Positions 1-6,183 of a stretch of DNA of 15,192 bases are shown in pieces (the stretch's first letter is position 1; every line of letters begins with the position of its first letter). Source of the DNA: Candidatus Methylomirabilia bacterium (GTDB lineage: Bacteria > Methylomirabilota > Methylomirabilia > Rokubacteriales > CSP1-6); NCBI GenBank assembly GCA_041496385.1, contig JBGQEL010000101.1, positions 1-15,192 on the forward strand, given 5' to 3'. Below the pieces are notes generated by a model. It ran no database searches and was not told the DNA's origin. It saw only the letters and a list, made by a program, of their open reading frames with translations. The translations under genes and the position numbers were made by a program.

Positions 1-1
1 A

Positions 2-544
2 GCCGAACGGCTCCGCCGGGCGCGCCACCACGGGATCCGTTACCTCGACCGCGCGCGCCCCTGGCGCTACGAGATCGACGTCCCGAGCGGCAACTACCGG
101 CTGACCGACTTCCAAGCGGCGCTCGGCCTGAGCCAGCTCGGCAGGCTGGACGCGTTCTGGGAGCGTCGTGACCGGCTCGCCCGGCGCTATCGGGAGCGGC
201 TCGCCGGCTCGCCATTCGTCGACCTCCAGGCGGCGCCGGCGGACCGGCGCCACGGCTGGCATCTCTTCCTGGCGCTGCTGCGCCTCGAACGACTGACCGC
301 CGATCGCGACACGATCCTCGACGCGCTGCGGGCCGAGAACATCGGCGCCACGTTCCACTATCCGCTCGCCTACCGCCACCCGTTCTACCGGGAGCGGTTC
401 GGCTGCGGCCCGGGGCTCTGCCCGCAGGCCGACGCCGTCGAGCCGCGGCTCGTCACGCTGCCGCTGTTCCCGTCGATGACGGACGGGGATCAGGACGACG
501 TCCTGCGCGCCCTGGACAAGGTGTTCGCCCACTACGCCCGATGA
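2..544 (+). CDS. DegT/DnrJ/EryC1/StrS family PLP-dependent nucleotide-sugar aminotransferase (ArnB/PseC-like), C-terminal part; 5' end lies outside the window
   Basis: Not in the ORF track. Manual translation from base 2 is open to TGA 542-544 and includes ARHHGI, WRYEIDVPSGNYRLTDFQAALGLSQL, HGWHLF, ENIGATFHY and RLVTLPLFPSMTDGDQDDV, all typical of this family's C-terminal half. The stop overlaps the next ATG (ATGA). Confidence 0.88.
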   Translation, partial: AERLRRARHHGIRYLDRARPWRYEIDVPSGNYRLTDFQAALGLSQLGRLDAFWERRDRLARRYRERLAGSPFVDLQAAPADRRHGWHLFLALLRLERLTADRDTILDALRAENIGATFHYPLAYRHPFYRERFGCGPGLCPQADAVEPRLVTLPLFPSMTDGDQDDVLRALDKVFAHYAR

Positions 545-1914
545 ACCTGCGATTCGCGTCCAGGGCGCTCTTCGCGATCGGTCGCCGCCGGCCGCGGCTG
601 CCAGTCGCGTTCCTGCGCGCGATGCCGCTCGGCGTCCTGCACGCGCTGCGGGGCCCCGGCCTCCGGGAGACGTTCCGCGTGGCCGCGCGCGCCGCCTACT
701 ACCGCGACGCCTTCGCGGCCGCGCGCGTGGACGTCGGCCGCGCGCGGCGCCCCGAGGACCTCGGCGATTTCTTCCTGACGTCCGAGGTCTTGAAGACACG
801 ACCCGAGGCGCTCCTCGTGGAAACGCCCGAGCTGGCCATCGAAAGCTCGGGCACGTCGGGCCACGTGAGCCGGGTCTACCTGAGCCGCCGGGAGCTCGAA
901 TACAACGCGCGCCAGGGCGGGCTGCTGCTCGGGCTCTACGGCCTCGGCGCCGGCGACCGGCTGCTCTCGACGTTCGACCTGGGATGGGGGCTTGGCTCGC
1001 TCCTCGTAGAGCGCGGCATACGTTACATGCCCCTCTTCGCGATGGTCGTCGGCCGGGTGGACCCGCTCGAGGCCTATCGTCGCCTCGCGGAGTACCGCTT
1101 CAACGTGCTCGTGGGCGACCCGTTCTGGCTCGCGCGGCTGACCGCGATCGCCCGCGAGCGGGGTCGGCCGGGACCGATGAAGCTCCTGATGGGCGGCGGC
1201 GAGGGCATCACCGAGCGCGCGCGCGCGGAGCTGGAGGCCTTCTGGGGCGCGCCGCTCTGCATGACCTACGCCTCCACCGAGGCCGCGACGATCCTGGCCT
1301 TCGAGTGCACCCACCGCGCCGGCTATCACGTGAACGAGTTCGACTTCTACCCGGAGATCGTCGAACCGGACGGCGACGGCTACGGCGAGATCGTCCTGAC
1401 GACGGTCGGCCGGCGGGTGATGCCGCTCGTCCGCTACCGGACCGGCGATGTCGCGCGGTGGCTTCCGGCGCCCTGCCCGTGCGGGCTCCCGTTCCGCCGG
1501 CTCTCGCCGCTGCGCGGGCGGCTCGACGAGCAGGTGTCATGCGCGTGGGGCAACGTGCATCCGGAGTTCTTCGAGCCGCTGCTTCGCGCGGTGCCGGGGC
1601 TCGGGAGCGACTGGCAGGTCGCGCTCTACGAGCGCGAGCTGACGAGCGTGGTCCAGTTCCGCCTCGAGCTCGAGGGCGACGACAGGGCTCGCGAGCGCGC
1701 GGTGCAGGAGGTGCTCGGAGCGCTCCAGGGCTCGCAGCCGGAGGCGTGGCTCGCGTACTGCCAGCGCCTGCTCGACATCGAGTTCGCGTTTTTCGCGCCG
1801 GGCACGCTCCGACGCCAGCGCAAGCTCCTGCGGCTCGTGGACGAGCGCCGAACCGGTCCGCCCGAGTGGTCGTGGCCCGCCATCTACGGCAGGATCCGGA
1901 ACCCTTCCCGTTGA
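541..1914 (+). CDS. Phenylacetate-CoA ligase (PaaK)/CapK-family adenylate-forming enzyme
   Basis: 457 aa. ANL motifs ESSGTSG (P-loop), GGGE, TYASTE, PLVRYRTGD, GRLD and a terminal KLLRLVDER; putative Zn ligands in ECTHRAGYH and CPCG as in PaaK-type enzymes. Substrate unknown. Confidence 0.85.
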   Translation: MNLRFASRALFAIGRRRPRLPVAFLRAMPLGVLHALRGPGLRETFRVAARAAYYRDAFAAARVDVGRARRPEDLGDFFLTSEVLKTRPEALLVETPELAIESSGTSGHVSRVYLSRRELEYNARQGGLLLGLYGLGAGDRLLSTFDLGWGLGSLLVERGIRYMPLFAMVVGRVDPLEAYRRLAEYRFNVLVGDPFWLARLTAIARERGRPGPMKLLMGGGEGITERARAELEAFWGAPLCMTYASTEAATILAFECTHRAGYHVNEFDFYPEIVEPDGDGYGEIVLTTVGRRVMPLVRYRTGDVARWLPAPCPCGLPFRRLSPLRGRLDEQVSCAWGNVHPEFFEPLLRAVPGLGSDWQVALYERELTSVVQFRLELEGDDRARERAVQEVLGALQGSQPEAWLAYCQRLLDIEFAFFAPGTLRRQRKLLRLVDERRTGPPEWSWPAIYGRIRNPSR

Positions 1915-2306
1915 GCCGCCTCACGCAGTTGCTCGTCGAGACAGACGAACTCGTGATCGGCCGCGTCGCCGCCGGCCCAGAGGAGCCCCGCGGCGAGCTG
2001 CAGGGCGTCGGCGGCGCGGATCGCGTGGAGCAGGAGCGCCCGCGCGGCGGCCTCGCGGACTTGATGGCTCGGCTGGACCTCGGTCCAATCGGCGGCCAGA
2101 CGCGCCAGGACACGTCGCGCCTGCTCCTCCTGGGTGCGCGTGAGGGTGTCGTCGCGTCTGCGCCTCGCGAAGGCGGAATGGCACTCGACCGGCGTCGTCC
2201 ACCAGACCACGATGGCTCCGTCCGCGTCGGCGATCTTCCTCACGGCGCGGCTCGGCGGTTCTCTCACGCAAAGCGGCACCACCGCCGATGCGTCCCAGAA
2301 CTTCAC
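1884..2306 (-). CDS. vapC: Type II toxin-antitoxin VapC (PIN domain) ribonuclease toxin
   Basis: GTG start at 2306 overlaps the antitoxin TGA (GTGA). 140 aa: MKFWDASAVVPL...TPVECHSAF...IRAADALQLAA...FVCLDEQLREAA, with all four PIN acidic residues (D, E, D, D) present. Confidence 0.9.
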   Translation of the reverse strand: MKFWDASAVVPLCVREPPSRAVRKIADADGAIVVWWTTPVECHSAFARRRRDDTLTRTQEEQARRVLARLAADWTEVQPSHQVREAAARALLLHAIRAADALQLAAGLLWAGGDAADHEFVCLDEQLREAAQREGFRILP

Positions 2307-2596
2307 CGGCCACTCTCGCGTTCGTCGAGGAGCGCCTTCAGGACGGCCCCGCGTGGATCCGCGGGCCGCGGCATCTTCCAGAACCCCGCGGGGAGCTTCC
2401 CGGTGCCGAGCCGGATGAGCCCGGCGCGCGCCAGCTCGCGAAGATGAGGACGGATCTCTCCCGGGTCGCGCCGCAGGGGGACGATCTTCGCGATCGGTTT
2501 CCCGTGCTCCGTCACGATGAGCTCCTCGCCAGCCTTGACGCGAGCCAGGCATTGGCTGAGGGTTGCCTTGAGCTTGGACACGGCAGCGCTTTTCAT
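2303..2596 (-). CDS. Phd/YefM family (prevent-host-death) antitoxin
   Basis: ATG at 2596 preceded by GAGGAG (reverse complement of 2605-2610). 97 aa: MKSAAVSKLKATLSQCLARVKAGEELIVTEHGKPIAKIVP matches the Phd DNA-binding N-terminus, and it ends in ALLDERESGR, directly upstream of the PIN toxin. Confidence 0.9.
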   Translation of the reverse strand: MKSAAVSKLKATLSQCLARVKAGEELIVTEHGKPIAKIVPLRRDPGEIRPHLRELARAGLIRLGTGKLPAGFWKMPRPADPRGAVLKALLDERESGR

Positions 2597-2600
2597 GAAT

Positions 2601-2642
2601 GTGACTCCTCGAGTCACCATTATATGACCCATCTGGTCATAT
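2601..2642 (-). promoter_or_regulatory. Putative autoregulated TA promoter: -10 box TATAAT flanked by two inverted-repeat operators
   Basis: GTGACTC-ctc-GAGTCAC (2601-2617) and ATATGACC-catct-GGTCATAT (2622-2642) share the core TGAC-N7-GTCA. ATTATA at 2619-2624 reads TATAAT on the minus strand. No convincing -35 box was seen. Confidence 0.72.
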
Positions 2643-2727
2643 TAAGTGGTCTCGTGACTGTGGCACGGGTGACTGGCGCGATCGTTCAGGCGTCGGATAA
2701 CATACGTGGGTTCGCGCCCTTGCGACA

Positions 2728-2751
2728 TATACTCAGGCAATCGCTGGGAGG
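2728..2751 (+). promoter_or_regulatory. Candidate -10 element (TATACT) and Shine-Dalgarno (GGAGG) for the export/FAS/arn operon
   Basis: TATACT at 2728-2733 in a relatively AT-rich intergenic stretch; GGAGG at 2747-2751, 7 nt before ATG 2759. No clear -35 box. Confidence 0.4.
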
Positions 2752-2758
2752 TAAGCAG

Positions 2759-5368
2759 ATGCTGGTGAAGAAGCTCGTCGTCGGCCTCACGCTCGTGGCC
2801 ATGCTCGGCTCCAACGGGAGTGTCGCGTTGGCCCAGAACTATGGCCAGACCCAGGGCAACGGCCACATGCAGGTCCCGTCGTTGACGGGAGATGGCGCGG
2901 GAATCAACTCCCCGTACCTGCCTCAGCCACAGTTCCTGCCGCAGCCGCAGCCCGCGCCCCAGCGGCAGTTCTCGCCGGCGCTCGCCAACATGTGTCAGCC
3001 GGGCGGCGCCCAGCGCCCCTACCAGGTCGTGTCGGTGCCGAGAAGCCGCGGGCCGCAGCTGGCTCCGAACAGCCCGGGCGGTGTTCCCGGCGTGACGCAG
3101 ATCACGGTGTCGCAGGGAGGAGCAGGGCCGCAGATCTCCCAGGGCCCCGGGACTGACCTCGGGCGGCCGATGCCGTTCCAGGCGCAAGACGGGGGCGACG
3201 TCATCGAGCTTTCGCGGATCGAGGCGGTCTTCAACCTCGATCCGATCCGCCAGCTCGCCGTGCCGATGGGAAGCGAGGCGCTCGGATTCCAGCCGCAGGG
3301 CGGGCAACAGCAGCGGTCCAGTTTCCAGCAGCAGGGTGTCCAGCAGCAGGGTCCGCAGCAACCGGGTCTGCAGCAGCCCGGTCTGCAGCAGCAGGGCCTG
3401 CAGCCGCAGCAAGTGGGTCTTCAGCAGGGGTTCCAGCAGCCGCCGCAGCCGTCCGGCTTCCAGCAGCCGCAGCAACAGACCGACAGGCAGCAGATCATCT
3501 ACCAGCCGCCCGCCATGCTGGGGCCGTTCGGGACGCCGCTCCGTCAGTACGGCTACACCATGTTCGCCTCGAATGTGTCGACGTTCGCGCCGGTGGACGA
3601 CATCCCCGTCGGCCCGGACTACGTCCTGGGCCCGGGCGACGATCTGACGATCAACGTGTGGGGCGCCGTGGACAGCACGCTCGTCAGGACGGTGGACCGC
3701 AACGGGCGCATCCTGCTGCCGAAGGTCGGCGATCTGAGAGTGTGGGGACTCACGTTCTCGCAGGCGGACCGGCTGATCCGCGATCAGCTCGCCCGCTACT
3801 TCCGGGGCTTCCAGACGAGCGTCACGATGGGACGGCTCCGGACGGTCAGCGTCCACGTCGTCGGCGAAGTGTGCCAGCCCGGCGTCTACACGCTGAGCTC
3901 CCTCTCGACGGTGACGAACGCGCTCTTCAGCGCCGGCGGCCCGACCAAGCTCGGTTCCCTGCGCGAGGTGCGTCTGATCCGTGGCGGCGCCCAGGTCGCG
4001 CGGCTCGACCTCTACGATTTCCTCCAGCGCGGCGATCGCACGCGTGACTTCCGGCTCGAGTCGGGCGACACCGTCTTCGTGCCCACGATCGGCGACGTCG
4101 TCGCGGTGGCCGGCGAGGTGAAGCGCCCGGCGATCTACGAGATCAAGGGCACGACGCGCCTGTCGGAGCTGGTGGACCTGGCGGGCGGCGTGACGCCGTC
4201 GAGCTACCTCAAGCGGGTGCAGGTCGTGCGCTCCCTCCCCGACGCCGAGCGCGTCACGATCGACGTGGAGCTCAGCGGCTTCTATCTGAAGGGCGACGAC
4301 GCCAGCAACCCGCCCCTCAGCGCGGGCGACCTGGTGTTGATCCACCGGAGCGACCCGCGGGTCTACAACACCGTCCGCGTCGAGGGGGCGGTCAAGTATC
4401 CGGGCGCGTACGAGCTGAAGCCGATGATGCGGATCAGCCAGCTTCTGCCCGTGGAGAAGCTCCTGCCCGAGGCGTACCCCGACCGCGTGGAGGTCACGCG
4501 CCGGCGTGCCGACCTCTCGGTCGAGATCGTCGCGGTCAATCTGAAGGAGGCCTGGAAGGGGAACGCGGAGCAGGATCTCCTGCTCAGGCCGCTCGACCAG
4601 GTGAGCGTGCGCACCGAGTTCAAGCCCTCGCAGACGGTCACGCTCGGCGGGCAGGTGGTCCGGCCCGGCGTCTACACGATCGCCGTGGGCGAGCGCCTGA
4701 GCTCGGCCCTCGAGCGCGCGGGCGGGCTCGCGCCCCGCGCCTACCTGAAGGGCGCGGTCTTCACCCGGCAGTCGCTCCGCAAGGTCGAGCAGGAGCAGCT
4801 CGACGCGTTCCTCCAGACCCAGGAGCAGCGGATGCTCGCTGCGGCCTCCACGGTCTACGTCGGCGCCGAGAAGGAGGAGGTTTCGGCGCAGCAGGCGGCC
4901 CTCCAGTCGAGACGCGAGCTGCTCAAGGCGCTGGCCGCGAAGGTGGCCGTCGGCCGGATGGTGGTGCGCCTCGACACGCCCGACAAGCTCAAGGGCACCG
5001 AGAACGACGTGATCCTCACCGAGGGCGACACGCTCGACATCCCGGAGCCGCCACAGTCGGTCCTCGTGATCGGCGCCGTCCGGAGCTCGACGTCCGTGCA
5101 GTTCAAGGAGGGCGCCGGTGTGGACTACTACCTCAATCGCGTCGGCGGCCTGGCGAAGGAGGCGGACAAGAAAGAAGTCCACCTCGTGAAGGCGGACGGC
5201 TCGGCGATCTCGAGCTTCACCAACGTCCGCGACGTGGAGCCGGGCGACACGATCATCGTGCCGCCCAAGGCGGAAGAGAAGATCCGCACGCTGCCGACGA
5301 TCCGGGACGCGCTCCAGGCCATCGGCTCGGCGCTGCTCGGCATCGCCGCGCTGTCGGTGCTCTTCTAG
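2759..5368 (+). CDS. Large polysaccharide biosynthesis/export protein (OPX; Wza/KpsD-like, Poly_export + multiple SLBB domains)
   Basis: Start reassigned to ATG 2759 (GGAGG SD; signal peptide MLVKKLVVGLTLVAMLGSNGSVALA-Q). 869 aa. PES motif DYVLGPGDDLTINVWG...VDRNGRILLPKVG; five SLBB-type starts (VVGEVCQPGVY, VAGEVKRPAIY, VEGAVKYPGAY, LGGQVVRPGVY, VIGAVRSS); C-terminal amphipathic/hydrophobic helix IRDALQAIGSALLGIAALSVLF. Confidence 0.9.
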   Translation: MLVKKLVVGLTLVAMLGSNGSVALAQNYGQTQGNGHMQVPSLTGDGAGINSPYLPQPQFLPQPQPAPQRQFSPALANMCQPGGAQRPYQVVSVPRSRGPQLAPNSPGGVPGVTQITVSQGGAGPQISQGPGTDLGRPMPFQAQDGGDVIELSRIEAVFNLDPIRQLAVPMGSEALGFQPQGGQQQRSSFQQQGVQQQGPQQPGLQQPGLQQQGLQPQQVGLQQGFQQPPQPSGFQQPQQQTDRQQIIYQPPAMLGPFGTPLRQYGYTMFASNVSTFAPVDDIPVGPDYVLGPGDDLTINVWGAVDSTLVRTVDRNGRILLPKVGDLRVWGLTFSQADRLIRDQLARYFRGFQTSVTMGRLRTVSVHVVGEVCQPGVYTLSSLSTVTNALFSAGGPTKLGSLREVRLIRGGAQVARLDLYDFLQRGDRTRDFRLESGDTVFVPTIGDVVAVAGEVKRPAIYEIKGTTRLSELVDLAGGVTPSSYLKRVQVVRSLPDAERVTIDVELSGFYLKGDDASNPPLSAGDLVLIHRSDPRVYNTVRVEGAVKYPGAYELKPMMRISQLLPVEKLLPEAYPDRVEVTRRRADLSVEIVAVNLKEAWKGNAEQDLLLRPLDQVSVRTEFKPSQTVTLGGQVVRPGVYTIAVGERLSSALERAGGLAPRAYLKGAVFTRQSLRKVEQEQLDAFLQTQEQRMLAAASTVYVGAEKEEVSAQQAALQSRRELLKALAAKVAVGRMVVRLDTPDKLKGTENDVILTEGDTLDIPEPPQSVLVIGAVRSSTSVQFKEGAGVDYYLNRVGGLAKEADKKEVHLVKADGSAISSFTNVRDVEPGDTIIVPPKAEEKIRTLPTIRDALQAIGSALLGIAALSVLF
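3323..3397 (+). repeat. Five imperfect 15-bp coding tandem repeats (pentapeptide x-Q-Q-[Q/P]-G) within a Gln/Pro-rich low-complexity region
   Basis: ttccagcagcagggt / gtccagcagcagggt / ccgcagcaaccgggt / ctgcagcagcccggt / ctgcagcagcagggc = FQQQG VQQQG PQQPG LQQPG LQQQG. Degenerate copies continue to about 3480. Confidence 0.85.
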
Positions 5369-5374
5369 CGGTCC

Positions 5375-5746
5375 GTGCGCGTCGGCGTCGACCTGGTCGA
5401 CGTCGCGGGCTTCAGGGCGCGCTTCGACGGGCGTGACGACCTGCAGGCGGAGACCTTCAGCACGGCGGAGCTGGCCTACTGCCGGGCCCAGCACGACCCG
5501 TGGACGCACCTGGCGGCGCGCTTCGCGGCGCGGGAGGCCGCGCTGAAGGCGCTCGGGACCGGGCTCGCGGGCGCGGTCACCTGGCGGGATCTCGAGGTGA
5601 CGCGCGATCCCGCCGGCGCCCCGGGGCTCGTCTTCCGGGGGGCGCTGCAGGAAGCGCTCGGCCGCGCGGGCCTCGGGCGAGCGGCGATCTCGCTCTCGCA
5701 CACTGCCACGCACGCGATCGCGATGGTCCTGCTCCTCGACGCTTGA
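5375..5746 (+). CDS. acpS: Holo-[acyl-carrier-protein] synthase (AcpS-type 4'-phosphopantetheinyl transferase)
   Basis: 123 aa, GTG start. Motifs VGVDLV, FSTAELAYC, LAARFAAREAALKALGTG, GAP and ISLSHT. Confidence 0.9.
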   Translation: MRVGVDLVDVAGFRARFDGRDDLQAETFSTAELAYCRAQHDPWTHLAARFAAREAALKALGTGLAGAVTWRDLEVTRDPAGAPGLVFRGALQEALGRAGLGRAAISLSHTATHAIAMVLLLDA

Positions 5747-6183
5747 TGCGCTACCAATTCATCGACAAGATCGTCTCGCTGGTCCTCGACGGCACTCCGC
5801 GCATCGAAGTCCTGAAGACGTTCGAAGCGCGTGACGACGCGTTCTCCGGGCCGTCCGGCGATGCGCGCGTGCCGGAGTCGCTGCTGCTCGAGCTGATGGC
5901 GATGGCCGGCGGACGCCTCGCGTTCCAGCATCTCGGGGAGACCCGGCTCCCGCTGCTGCTGAAGGTGCCCGAGTGCCGCTTCGAGCGCCCGGCCCGGCCG
6001 GGCGCGGAGCTGCGCGCCGTCGCGATCCTGCACGGGGCCTCCACGATCGCGGACGGCGCCAGCGTCGTCGAGGCCGCGACCGAAGTGTATGCCGGAGGCG
6101 AGCGTGTCGCGGTGGGCACCCTCATGTACGTCTGCGTCAGCGTGCCCGGGGTCGAGCTGGTGGGACGGGGAGACACGCGCTGA
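5746..6183 (+). CDS. FabA/FabZ-like hotdog-fold protein lacking the catalytic His (putative non-catalytic dehydratase subunit)
   Basis: ATG 5746 coupled to the acpS stop (TGATG). 145 aa: MRYQFIDKI...KTFEARDDAFSGPSGDARVPESLLLELMA...FERPARPG. The FabZ pattern is recognisable, but FxGHFP is replaced by FSGPSG. Confidence 0.75.
   Translation: MRYQFIDKIVSLVLDGTPRIEVLKTFEARDDAFSGPSGDARVPESLLLELMAMAGGRLAFQHLGETRLPLLLKVPECRFERPARPGAELRAVAILHGASTIADGASVVEAATEVYAGGERVAVGTLMYVCVSVPGVELVGRGDTR

Noticed and set aside
984..2447. Long alternative-frame + strand ORFs (e.g. 984-2447, 6089-7024, 9304-10095, 14353-15087)
   Set aside because: Arg/Ala/Pro/Gly-rich translations typical of out-of-frame reading in high-GC genes; they overlap genes with clear family motifs.
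1880..2634. CCATCT at 1880-1885 and 2629-2634 as a possible target-site duplication around the TA module
   Set aside because: Only 6 bp, the second copy lies inside the operator palindrome, and there are no terminal inverted repeats or transposase; chance is sufficient.
2661..2677. TGGCACG resembling a sigma-54 -24 element
   Set aside because: The required GC at -12 (GG-N10-GC) is absent; positions 2674-2675 read TG.
2288..2758. N-terminal extension of the exporter in the ORF track (likewise upstream extensions of ORFs starting at 5500, 5973, 10907, 11773, 13020, 13286, and 2552 and 2632 on the minus strand)
   Set aside because: The extensions overlap neighbouring genes. Downstream starts with SD sequences or stop/start coupling coincide with the beginning of family homology, so these are not true fusions.
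3290..3490. CAG-rich repeats as a CRISPR array or non-coding satellite
   Set aside because: No unique spacers or constant repeat; the units are in-frame multiples of three encoding Gln-rich peptide.
2642..5713. 1023-aa minus-strand ORF, and similar long antisense ORFs (532-1329, 6222-7286, 7288-8346, 8135-9025, 9089-10393, 10365-11324, 12238-13065, 13269-14105, 14060-14857)
   Set aside because: They shadow well-supported + strand genes, show no recognisable motifs, and are expected from stop-codon scarcity in very GC-rich DNA.
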